Source of the DNA: Paragordius varius
Taxonomy: Eukaryota; Animalia; Nematomorpha
Direction of reading: 5' to 3'
Assembly (NCBI GenBank): GCA_964247055.1
Contig: OZ176056.1
Span: forward strand, 2,356,001 to 2,420,000
DNA length: 64,000 bases
Below are positions 24,401 through 36,499 of the stretch, piece by piece. How positions within the stretch are numbered: position 1 is the first letter of the stretch; every line of letters starts with the position of its first letter. The notes under the pieces are model-generated. The model ran no database searches, was not told where the DNA came from, and saw only the letters and a program-made list of their open reading frames with translations. A program made the translations under genes and the position numbers.

Positions 24401-27400
24401 CCAAACATTTTCAAGCATTCAAAACATTTTAAGATATAGATAAAGTGAAAATTTCAATTAAACTAAAAATATAAAATGATTATAAAATCTTTCCTCAATA
24501 GTAAAATCATAGTCTAGTTTCCAGCTAGTTAGCAATCAGATTATAATTATTCACCAAATTTTCTAAAAAAATTTACAATACATTATCAATTTTGCAAATT
24601 CCCATATTATAATTAGTGATAAGTACAATCAAGCACCTTAATGAATTTAAATTTAATGAATTAGACGATTCTAAATTTATATGATATGATTGTAAAGTTA
24701 AGCTTTATGATTTTAAAAAATTAAAAATAGATATACTGATTAGGAGCAACCATTAATAATTTTAATAGTAAAAAGTTAAATTTCGGGTATTTCAGATCAT
24801 TTCGTCTAGAAAATGGATGAATCCAATAATAATATTGTAACTAGCTAAACTTACAAAATTTCAAAAATTAATCCTTAAAGTAGATGAAAAATATAAATAA
24901 TTTTCTCTAATAATTAAGCACAATATATTTTTTAGTTGATTATTACATTTTCTAAAGAGGGAGGCGAAAAGTATGCAGATGAAAGTTATTTTCAACCATG
25001 AAATCGAATTAGTACAAAAAGCTAATCATATATACAGATTTATAAATTGAGTAGTTTTTTACGTATTTTTAACTTTAATTATTAGCTTTACAAAAATAAA
25101 CATTAGATCTATGGTTGAGATAATAAAAACTGTTTTAATTACTAGATTTAAGTAGCGATCTTTATTTATTAATTTATCATATCAAATTTAATGTTATTAC
25201 ACCTATTTTCCCGATTAAACCCTTATATAAATTGATTTTCTGAATCAATCAAAAAAATAATTTTTTCATGTTTATTTCATATTTTTAAATTTTTCATTAG
25301 CAACCGTTGACAAAAAAATCCTATCGCAAATTGTGAAAACTTATTTAACTAGATTATTTCAAATTTTTAAAAATTTTAACACAGATAAATCAAATTAATT
25401 CCCATGAAAATTAAAAATATACCTTTAGAAGAAACATTGTTGTAAACGTTATTTTCTTTTAAATCATTTATTAAAGAATTATTTTTTATAGGAGATAGTG
25501 TAGTAGAGGGTGATGGTGATGTTGGGGGGTAAAGTAACCCCGCTTCATAGAGTTCTAATATGTTAGCTTTTAACATTCGGATAATTTTATCATCACCAAT
25601 GCGCTCAAATACGCCCTGTTCAATGGCATCGTAATTGAGGAATTTCAAACATTTTTCCATATCCATTTTCAGTAATTGACCTAAAAAACTCGAGCGAAAT
25701 ATATATATAATAAATTTATTTTCATAAAATAAAGAGGTATTTAAAAAAAATTTATAATTTTAGACATAACAAAATGTTTTTTAAGCGATGATAGATGTAT
25801 ATATTAATTTATAAACTAGTTTTAAAAAAAATTATTTTTTCAAATAATAAACAGAAAAATCTTCATATTATATAATTTTAGGATAATGAATTGAATCCCT
25901 TATTCATGGGCATAAAAATTTTTATAAAAATAATATATATGCATAAATTCCAAAAATCTAGAAATCTTAAAATAAATTGAAAAAAAATAGTTTAAAAACA
26001 AACTTTTTTTTCCATTATATTTACTCTTTAACATATACAAATATTTTTTCATAAAACGAATATTAAAAATCAAGGAAAATATTTTTAAGAAATTTAAAAA
26101 ATTTACGTTGAAACATTTTAAGGATAGTATATGCCATAGCTATTAGGATTTTGTCACCCTCTAATACAAAAATGTCCCAAATTCGAAGTGTTAAATGGAA
26201 TGGTGTCTACGAAATATATAAATAAATCATATAAAATATATATGTTTAAGAAAAATAATTAAATACAAAATGATTAAATAATTAATTGTATTAATAAATT
26301 TTATAAATTATAAGGCGTTTTTATTTACTGTTATTTTAAATTAGGTGATTTTACATAAATATTTATTTTCAACTTAAAAAAGTATAAATCAAATGCACTC
26401 TAAAATATTGATTAAATCAACAAATGAGATTTTATATCGAAAATTTTATAAAGTAGAAAAATAATTTTTACCCTATTAATAATAATTACAAAACTATTTA
26501 ATAAAAATTTTCCAATAAAATGCCGATATAAATGAAATAAAAAAACTTAAATATAAATTTTTTAAAATACATGAAAATAGTTATACCATATCTATGAATG
26601 GCAAGAACCTAATATTTTAGCAATGTTCTATCGTTTATATTAAAGTATTAATATATCAATCTATTAAAATTTAAAAATTTTTTAATATTTCATTATATAT
26701 ATAATATTTATTCAAAATATATTTTAAATCAAATTTTTCTATAATTACAAAAAAGTTATATATTTTCTATAAAACATTGCAAAAACCATTTAGAATTTAG
26801 TTAGAATGCATCATATCTAAGAACTATTAATATTTTCCGATTCAAATATAAAAAAAACCTTTTTAAATCAAACTTAGTTTAAAATATCTTACCCTATCTA
26901 TGAAACATTGCAAGAACCATTTAATACTGTACAGGCCAATAGGTAAACTTTGTCTTTCAAAATGTGACTTTAGTCGGGGTAAAAATTGACCCATTATTTT
27001 GTCCTCCAAGTGGGCTTGAAAGGTATGGAGTTTTGGAAAACCGTGGATATAAAATGCGTGCATATCATACCGCTTATCCTTCATAAGTTGAGACATGGCC
27101 CAAAAACTATCCTAGAATATTCAAAATTGAAAATTTTTTAAGTTTTAAAAACTAAGTTTTAAAGTAAATATAGTAAGATATGAAACAATAAAATGTTTAT
27201 AAGAATAAAAAATTTAAACGAAGATAACTTAAAAAAGTTTTATTTATTTGGACATAAAAAAACTATCCTAGAATATTTAAAATTGAAAAATTAAATTTTT
27301 AATTTTTAAAACTACTAAGTTTCAAAGCAAAAAGAAAGTTTATATATATATATATATATATATACGGAAAGATATGAAACATAAATAAAATGTTTGAAAG

Positions 27401-27814
27401 AAAAAATTAACTTAAAAAAGTTTTTTTTATTTAATTATTAAAATATCTATAAATATAGATATGAAACATAAATAAATGGGTTATATAAGGAAATTAAGTT
27501 TTAAAGCAAAAAGAGGAGTTTCTTATATATATATATATAGTAAGTTATGAAACATAAATAAATTGTTATATAAGAAAAAATTAGTTAAAAATTAACTTAA
27601 AAAAGTTTACTTTATTTATTTGGATATAAAAAAACTATCCTAAATACAGTTAAGTTTAAAATTGAAATTTTTTTTAATTTTAAAAATTAAGTTTTAAAGC
27701 GAAAAGAAAGTTTTTTATATATATGGAAAGATATGAAACATAAATAAAATGTTGAAAAAAATTAATAAAAAATTATCTAAAAATTTATTTTACTCAATTG
27801 GATATAAAAAAAGT

Positions 27815-27861
<47 letters not shown>

Positions 27862-30800
27862 CATTTAGAGTTCAAATTCACTTTAAAAATAAATTATATG
27901 TTACTAATATAACTTATTAATAATATATAATATATCTTTATGGCATAGTTTTTTATTGTTTCAGTATTATTTTAATCTAAAACAAAAGTTTTTGTAAAAA
28001 ATCATATAAAAATATAGGTAATTTTTAAAAAACATATAAAAATATAGGTAATTTTTAAAAAACATAATTTATTTGAGGGTGATTTTGAATTGTTTAAGGG
28101 GGGAAATCGAATTGTAAATGGTATATATATAGAGATATGAAATTTAAATAAATGGGTTATATAAGAAAAAACGGAAAATAAAATGATCTAGGATACAGTA
28201 AAAATTGGAGTTATACAGAAATATTTTTTTAAAGACATTTATTTTGGTTTAATTCAATCAAGCGGGATACAAATATAAAGCTCCTTTTTTGCAAAGATTT
28301 TATAATTTTTGCAAATAATGTTTAAAATAGACCAAAATGATTGCAAAAATTTATGCGCTAACGAAATAAATATTTTATGATTTAAACAGAATCAAAAATT
28401 TCAAAAACTAATGAATAATTCTATTTGAAACAAAAATGATTGATATCATAATTTTTTAATTAAAACTGTTTTTTTGGTAAAAAAACGTGTAAAAAAATTA
28501 AGTTTTAGCGAAGTAAAAAAAATATATGACAATTTAAGTACGTATTACAGTATGCAATTTAATGGTTGCTTATTTCACACTATAGTAGGGTAGTTAATTT
28601 GCAACACTACACAGTAGTGTATGGAAAAAGCAACAGAGTGTTGAATAAACAATTTTGATTTTTCATTTTTTCGATACACTACTGTGTTGCAAATAGCCCT
28701 AATATAATGTTAAAAAAGCAACTATTAAAATGCATACTATATAGGAGCATTTAGTAAAAACAAAATATAGCAATTATTTAAAAAACCTATAAAAATGATA
28801 AATACAAAGTAATATCTCTTTTAAATTGACAAATAGTAAAGGTTAAAAAAACTACATTTTTACAAAAAAAACAAACATCCGCAAAAGATTAAGTCAAAAA
28901 TTATTATAAATTAAATATTTGAAACAAATTTCAATAATATCGAAAAAAAATTCAAAAAACACTTTTTAAACAAAATAGTAAGAAACACACGCAAGAAATA
29001 ATTTTTATATGGTAGCAATTTATAATTTGCATTTCAACCATGTTTTAAAGGAGCTAAAAATCTTAAACAAATCGAAAAAAAAACGATTAATTATTCAAAT
29101 AAATATTACAATTCATAAAAAAATGATAAAAAAATGTTTTAAAACAATGTATTCGCATTTAAACCGAAATATATTTCAAAAATATTCAAAAATTACCAAA
29201 ATAAAATGATTAAAAAATGTTTTAAAATATGTGTTCGCATTAAAACCGAATAATTTTTCAAAAATATTCAAAAATTACCAAAAAAATCCATAAAATAAAA
29301 TGATAAAATGTTTTAAAACAATGTGTTAGCGTTAAAACCGAAATATATTTCAAAAATATTCAAAAATTAGCAAAAAAAAATCCATAAAATAAAATGATTA
29401 AAAAATGTTTTAAAACTATGTATGCGCATTAACAGAAATATTTTTCAAAAATATCGAAAAATATTTAAAAATTATCAAAAAAATCCATAAAATAAAATGA
29501 TTAAAAATTTTAAAACAATGTGTTAGCATTTAAAACCGAAATATATGTCAAAAATATTCAAAAATTACCAAAAAAATCTATAAAATAAAATGATTAATGT
29601 TTTAAAACTATGTATTCGCATTTAAAACCGAAATATTTTCAAAAATATTCAAAAATTAGCAAAAAAAATCCATAAAATAAAATGATTAAAAAGTGTTTTA
29701 AAACTACGTATTCGCATGTAAAACCGAAATATATTTCAAAAATATCGAAAAATATTCAAAAATTAGCAAAGAAATCCATAAAATAAAATGATTAAAAAAT
29801 GTTTAAAACTATGTATTTGCATTAAAAACCGAAATATTTTTCAAAAATATTCAAAAATCAGCAAAATAAAATCCATAAAAAATAATAAAAATGTTGTAAA
29901 ATTACGTATTCGCATTAAAACAGAAATATATTTCAAAAATATTCAAAAATTAGCCAAAAAAATCCATAAAATAAAATGATTAAAAAATGTTTAAAACTAT
30001 GTATTCGTATTAAAACCGAAATATATTTCAAAAATATTCAAAAATTACCAAAATAAAATCCATAAAATAAAATGATTAAAAAATGTTTTAAAATATGTGT
30101 TCGCATTAAAACCGAATAATTTTTCAAAAATATTCAAAAATTAGCAAAAAAATCCATAAAATAAAATGATTAAAAAATGTTTAAAACTATGTATTCGTAT
30201 TAAAACCGAAATATATTTCAAAAATATTCAAAAATTACCAATATAAAATCCATAAAATAAAATGATTAAAAAATGTTTTAAAACTATGTGTTCGCATTAA
30301 AACCGAAATATTTTTCAAAAATATTCAAAAATTAGCAAAGAAATCCATAAAATAAAATGATTAAAAAATGTTTTTTTAAAACTACGTATTCGCATTAAAA
30401 CCGAAATATTTTTCAAAAATATCGAAAAATATTCAAAAATTAGCAAAAAAATCCATAAAATAAAATGATTAAAAAATGTTTTAAACTACGTATTCGCATT
30501 AAAACCGAAATATTTTTCAAAAATATCCAAAAATTAGCAAAAAAATCCATAAAATAAAATGATTAAAAAATGTTTTTTAAAACTACGTATTCGCATTAAA
30601 ACCGAAATATTTTTCAAAAATATCGAAAAATATTCAAAAATTAGCAAAAAAATCCATAAAATAAAATGATTAAAAAATGTTTTAAACTACGTATTCGCAT
30701 TAAAACCGAAATATTTTTCAAAAATATCCAAAAATTAGCAAAAAAATCCATAAAATAAAATGATTAAAAAATGTTTTTTAAAACTACGTATTCGCATTAA

Positions 30801-33584
30801 AACCGAAATATTTTTCAAAAATATCGAAAAATATTCAAAAATTAGCAAAAAAATCCATAAAATAAAATGATTAAAAAATGTTTTAAACTACGTATTCGCA
30901 TTTAAACCGAAATATTTTTCAAAAATATCCACAAATTAGCAAACGAAATCCATAAAATAAAATGATTAAAAAATGTTTAAAACTATGTATTTGCATTAAA
31001 AACCGAAATATTTTTCAAAAATATTCAAAAATCAGCAAAATAAAATCCATAAAAAATAATAAAAATGTTGTAAAATTACGTATTCGCATTAAAACAGAAA
31101 TATATTTCAAAAATATTCAAAAATTAGCCAAAAAAATCCATAAAATAAAATGATTAAAAAATGTTTAAAACTATGTATTCGTATTAAAACCGAAATATAT
31201 TTCAAAAATATTCAAAAATTACCAAAATAAAATCCATAAAATAAAATGATTAAAAAATGTTTTAAAACTATGTATTCGCATTTAAAACCGAAATATTTTT
31301 CAAAAATATCCAAAAAATTAGTAAAATAAAATCTATAAAATAAAATGATTAAAAAATGTTTTTAAACTATGTATTCGCATTAAAAGTGAAATATTTTTCA
31401 AAAATATTCAAAAATTAGCCAAAAAAATCCATAAAATAAAATGATTAAAAAGTGTTTTAAAACTACGTATTCGCATGTAAAACCGAAATATATTTCAAAA
31501 ATTTTCAAAAATTACCAAAAAAAATCCATAAAATAAATGATTAAAAAATGTTTTAAAACTATGTATTTGCATTTAAAACCGAAATATCTTTTAAAAATAT
31601 TCAAAAATTAGCAAAAAAATCCATAAAATAAAATGATAAAAAAATGTTTTAAAACTATGTATTTGCATTAAAAGTGAAATATATTTCAAAAATATTCAAA
31701 AATTAGCATAAAAATCCATAAAATAAAATGATTAAAAAATGTTTAAAAACTATGTATTTGCATTAAAAGTGAAATATTTTTCAAAAATATTTAAAAACCA
31801 AAAATAAAATCCATAAAATAAAATGATAAAAAAATGTTTTAAAACTATCTGTTCGCATTAAAACCGAAAATTCTTCAAAAATATTCAAAAATTACCAAAA
31901 AAATGTATAAATTTTTTTTTAAAACTACGTATTCACATGTAAAACCAAAATTTTTTCAAAAATATTAAAAACCAAAAAAATCCATAATTAAATCTATAAA
32001 AATTCCAAAAAATCTATAAAAAATGTATTAAAACTGTCGCATTTAAAACTGATTTTTTTTCAAAAATTACCAAAAAATCCATAAATAAATCTATAGAAAT
32101 CCCAAAAAAATCTATATAAATTCCAAAAACTAATCAAAAAAAATTTAAAATATGATACCTCTTCATTCAAATACATAAGTAATAGGCCAGCTATTTGATT
32201 CATACCTTGGCAATAACCCAATTCTTTATTATATGCGGCATACGCCAGTAAAACGTGAAATAAGGATTGCTGTCTAAAAGTACATACATATATAAATAAA
32301 AAATTAAATTTACACATTATATTAAAATTTGTAATATACATTTTGTCATAATTTGCAAAAAAAACTTATTTTAAAAGTTATTTTTGATGTATATTACTGC
32401 GGCCCGCGAAGCGATAGATTTTGGGCAGATCCCAGAAATTTTTAGAAACAGCTGACTACTGTAATATAATATATTGCTCTAAATACAAGTCCAATTTTAG
32501 ATTGAATTCTAAATTTTTTAAACAATAGAAATACCAAAAATTTGCAAAACAACATTTATATACAAAAAATTTAAAATAATTGAATTCAAAAAACAACCGA
32601 CTTAAAAAAATAAAGGATTTAAAATTAACTTGGTTCCATATCGTTCACTGTACATGACATTGTTGCGAAATGTGCGATTAATATCTAAATCGATTTGTCT
32701 AATATCTTTCCCAAGATTCAGAAGGGCCCAGGCCAAAACTTCCTAAGTTATAAAAGATATTTATTTTTGTAAATTTGAAATTTATATTCGAAAAATCTAA
32801 CAAATAGCTAACAAAGCGCTTTAAGTAAAAGGAATAGAGATATTAATTGGTAAAACACTCAATTATTTATCTTATAATCATTTAGGTTGGATATATATAT
32901 ATATATAGATATATATATATGTTATCTTTAATTTGTCTTTTAAATTTTACTGTAAATTAAATTAAAAGTTAAGTGAGCTCTATTAATTAAAAATAAAACA
33001 CTCTTGATAAAAAAATAAATTAAAATAAAAACTTACATGATAAACATTTTTATTCTGATGTTTCAATCGATAAACATCGAGTAACCGGGCCCAAACCTCA
33101 CCTCTAACATGTTCTGGAATCCCTTTGTAAATTCGCTTGGTTAACTATAAACCAAAATAAGAAAGTAAAAATTGAATAAAATTATCAATTTAAGAAATTC
33201 TACGAAATACTTTTTGAGATGGAAAATATTTGGGCCAATTTTGTAACATTTTTAACCATTTTTTAGTGCGTTCGACTTCAAGCATAACTGTTTTAGTCGA
33301 CTATATATATAAAACAATTTTAAACTAACATTAAGCGAATCATTTTGCTCATCATTGGATTCTACCACCTTTTCTTGACGACTAAAATATATTAATCGAC
33401 AAAAATAATACCTAAAAAAACCGTATTTATCAATTTCACCGGTATGATTTATGTTTTCAGAACCATCTAAAACGTCTGGAGTTTTCTGAAATTATTTTAA
33501 TTAAACTTTCTCATAGCTAGCAATTATTTTGGAGGTATCTAAATCAATCGGTTTGGCCGATGTGTTTTTTTCTTCGGTTTGCAT
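20865..33584 (-). CDS. USP6NL: USP6NL/RN-tre-like TBC-domain Rab GTPase-activating protein
   Basis: Minus-strand exons 33584-33507, 33485-33413, ~33373-33330, 33300-33211, 33144-33037, 32742-32630, 32273-32159, 27111-26893, 26206-26107, 25680-25423, 24157-23492 and 22725-22446, plus tentative 21406-21269 and 20971-20865. Motifs: [37 protein letters not shown] (Arg finger), GYCQGM (Gln finger), [27 protein letters not shown]. The last two exons rest on phase consistency only. Confidence 0.92.
21428..21466. repeat. (TA)n microsatellite. Similar runs lie near 1975, 7835, 12615, 23375, 27345, 27830 and 33820
   Basis: Direct reading of the sequence. Confidence 0.95.
21546..21779. mobile_element. 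hAT-like MITE (family D)
   Basis: Termini AAGGCATGTCCAAC ... GTTGAACACCCCTG. The 8-bp flanks TTTTAGTA and TTTAAGTG match at 6 of 8 positions. Confidence 0.65.
22039..22314. mobile_element. MITE family A
   Basis: TIRs TATACCATTTAC...GTAAATTGTATA with subterminal TCAAATTCACC / GGTGAATT repeats. Confidence 0.85.
27097..27800. repeat. Degenerate local tandem duplications that include the USP6NL exon acceptor junction
   Basis: AACTATCCTA recurs at 27105, 27261 and 27633. GATATGAAACATAAATAAA-like blocks recur several times. Confidence 0.75.
27857..28125. mobile_element. MITE family A
   Basis: TATATCATTTAGAGTTCAAATTCAC ... GAATTGTAAATGGTATA. Confidence 0.75.
28550..28740. mobile_element. Small palindromic element (MITE-like)
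   Basis: Inverted pairs AGTATGCAATTTAATGGTTGCTT / AAGCAACTATTAAAATGCATACT and ATTTGCAAC..CAGTAGTGTAT / ATACACTACTGTGTTGCAAAT. Confidence 0.7.
29110..32000. repeat. Intronic tandem array, about 30 units of ~95-100 bp, with higher-order structure
   Basis: Unit approx. AAAATGATTAAAAAATGTTTTAAAACTATGTATTCGCATTAAAACCGAAATATTTTTCAAAAATATTCAAAAATTAGCAAAAAAATCCATAAAAT. It lies in the USP6NL intron 27112-32158. Confidence 0.97.
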
Positions 33585-33814
33585 TCATACCATATGAATT
33601 ACCATAATGACAAATAACCATATTATTCCAATTTTTAATTTATTTTTATGTATAAAATAAAGTTTTTTTTATGATAAATAATATGATTAGATTAAACCAC
33701 AAAATAATATAGAAAAAGTTTAATTAAGACTTTTTTGATTATATTAATGGTAATGGGATGGTCTTAGAATCTAAATGTATCATGACACGGTGTCCACAAA
33801 AAATGATGAATTAG

Positions 33815-33859
<45 letters not shown>

Positions 33860-33887
33860 TATTTATAAACTGATAAGAAAATCTATT

Positions 33888-34910
33888 AGGCTTATCATGG
33901 TGCTTAATGACTTTGGTCTTTATGTGTGAAATTTTATTGAAACTTTTGTGGCAAGTGCTTCATATCAGAAATTCATAAAATTTGCGCACTTTTTTTAATA
34001 AAATTTTTTTGGCAAAAGCTAAATGCCTCATTCCTAAAAATATATGAATATATGATATGTCATTAATAAAGTTAAACAATAATTTCAAATTTTTTTATTT
34101 TTAGATCTGGTGCGAAAGTCTGAAATTGTTTCGCGCTTGTAAAATGGATATTTCTCTTAGAATAAACGCAAAAATGTCGACATTGTGTGCGATAAAATTT
34201 TATAGGTTAAATTTGATATCAACTAAAAAAACCTTTAAAACTGCGTTTTTCCATAATTTTTACAAAATTTTATTAAAATGCACTTCATCTTTTTTAAGGA
34301 ATTATGGCAACGGCATAAAATCGCTTTAAGACATGATAAAAACACTTATCTATATTAAACATCTCTATCGCTTGGTTAAATTTAAAGGTGTGTTGCTTCA
34401 AGCCATTGAATTTTTGTAAAAAACAGACAATTGAAATAACCTTCAAGACGAACGAATAATTTTCTCAATTCTGAGGTAGGAGAAATGTTCACGTCATCAA
34501 ATTATATAGAAAAAGTGTTTTTATTATGTCTTAAAGCGATTTATACTTTTAATGACTTAAATAATAAGAAACGCTTCAACGCAAAAATTAGATTTAAAAA
34601 TATTTTTAGTTGATATCAAAATTTATATATTAAAAATTTTTATCGTGCAGTCTCGGAATTTTTGCGTTTACCCATTTTGAAAGATAAAAAAATTTCACAG
34701 TTTAAATACATCTAAAAATTAAAATTATTTAAAATTGTTTAACTTAGTAGTTTATCATTTTTTTAGTTATTTTAGGAATAAAGCATTTAGCTTTAACCAA
34801 AAAATTTGGTTTAAAAATATGTGCTCAGAGTTATTATTTGATATGAAGCATTTGCCACAAAAATGTTAATCTAATTCTATCGTAATTTAACTTTTTAGAG
34901 TCCAAAACGG
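33888..34910. mobile_element. Foldback / long-TIR non-autonomous element (family C), ~1 kb
   Basis: The arms are reverse complements, e.g. AAATCGCTTTAAGACATGATAAAAACACT (~34318) with AGTGTTTTTATTATGTCTTAAAGCGATTT (~34514), TTTGATATCAACTAAAAA with TTTTTAGTTGATATCAAA, and TTTTGTGGCAAGTGCTTCATATCA with TGATATGAAGCATTTGCCACAAAA. Confidence 0.8.
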
Positions 34911-34918
34911 ACTTATGC

Positions 34919-36499
34919 TGTTGTTAAAACGATAATGAAAACAATAAGAGAGTTCCTTATTTTTAAATTTGAGATAGATTTTTACATTTATGAAAGTAAT
35001 TTGCATGATATCAAATAAAACAAATAAAATTACGGACTACTATGACGGTATTTGCAGGATACATACTAAGATATACGAATAAACTAATGGATATGTAATT
35101 TACATCATAATACAAAAATATAATTATAAATATCATAATAAACATCACTAAGTCTTTAGGAGAACTTTTGTATCATACATACAAAAAAATACAACTGGTT
35201 TGAAAGCCAACATTGTTAGGTGGACGCGTTTCATTTAATCTATGCTTTCTCGCGCCATCCGGGACCATTACTTGTTAAACTGGTCCATAACTCGCTGAAA
35301 TATCATTGGCTGCTGACAATATGAAAAACATCCTTTCATAACGGAGGGATCCTTTTTGTTGCGATCCTTTAGCCACCGGCCTGGGGAGGTAGGCATCCTA
35401 CAGATCAATCTTATTGAAAGCTTGTCCGCGCCAATCTTATTTAACCCATCATTAAACGTTAATTGATATGGAAGTCCTCCGCAGCCATTTATTAATCATG
35501 ATTTTTGTCATTACAAATTCTCAGCTCTCCGTTCGCTTTCACTACGTTAGCGGTTGGCATGGCCCATGTAAGCGGTGTGATATTGTGATCTACTGTTTCC
35601 CTCTGCGGTCTAAGTACTTCTTTCTCCACTTTTTCTTTTAGGTGAAACGGCACTCGTTGAGAGGGCCGAACCTTTGGGGAGGCTTTGTGAATTTTTACCG
35701 GCTCATTGTAACAGCCTAATTCTTGTTTAAATAGATTAGGAAAATTAACAATTTTATCAAGTTTAATAAAAAACTTGCTTCAATGACCTCAAAGTTGATG
35801 ACAATGATATCGCCTTTAGTTCTGAAGACGACTTTTCGTTTTGTATTGTTTATCATCCTTTTTACTGTCCATAATGCCATTACTATATTTTTATGGATCT
35901 GGCGGTTAAACATACTCTTGGGAGCGTTTTTCGCTTCACACATTTTCGCAAAGTAATTTGGTTTTCCGCATTTGTAGTTGCGGTTCCAGGCAGGACATTT
36001 CTTTGGTCCATGAATACTCCCATAACCCTTGTATGAATGTGTCCGAGGTTTGGATTGTTGTAATCAATTAAAATTATTACCATTGTTATAATTAATATTA
36101 TCCATATATTTTTCGGTGCGCATGTTGGCGAGCTTGGCAATTGGCATTGCATGTTTGTTGCATTTTGGACTCTATATCCAATGATCCGAGTTTCTCAGTG
36201 GTGCCTCCTATGTTATGTCGTTCGGAATATTTGATTGGCCACCACCAATGTTGTCAAAACGAAAATGAAAACATCAAGAGAGTTTTTTATTTATTTGAGA
36301 TAGATTTATACAATTTTTTATGAGAGTAATTCGCATGATATCAAATAAAACAAATAAAATTTCGGATCATCCATGACGGTATTTGCATGATACATACAAA
36401 GATATACGAGTAAACATATGGATAGGTCATTTACTTAATTAATACAAAAATATAAATACTATGCAAATAATGAATCACTTTATTTTTATCATACAGACA
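34919..36499 (-). mobile_element. Internally deleted Ty3/Gypsy LTR retrotransposon with both LTRs
   Basis: Diverged direct repeats at 34919-~35183 and 36249-~36499, both starting TGTTG on +. On the minus strand CAACA is followed by a PBS-like TTGGTGG. The internal minus strand encodes a decayed Gag knuckle (HGPKKCPAW..YKCGKPNYFAKMC), a protease remnant and the RT N-terminus (VPFHLKEKVEKE, VVKANGELRIC, FNKIDL*DAY). Later RT, RNase H and integrase are missing. Confidence 0.85.

Noticed and set aside
29788-31153. Two identical 63-aa ORFs, and the CRISPR-like look of the array
   Set aside because: The ORFs are by-products of the satellite duplication. The units have no unique spacers and there are no cas genes, in a eukaryotic intron.
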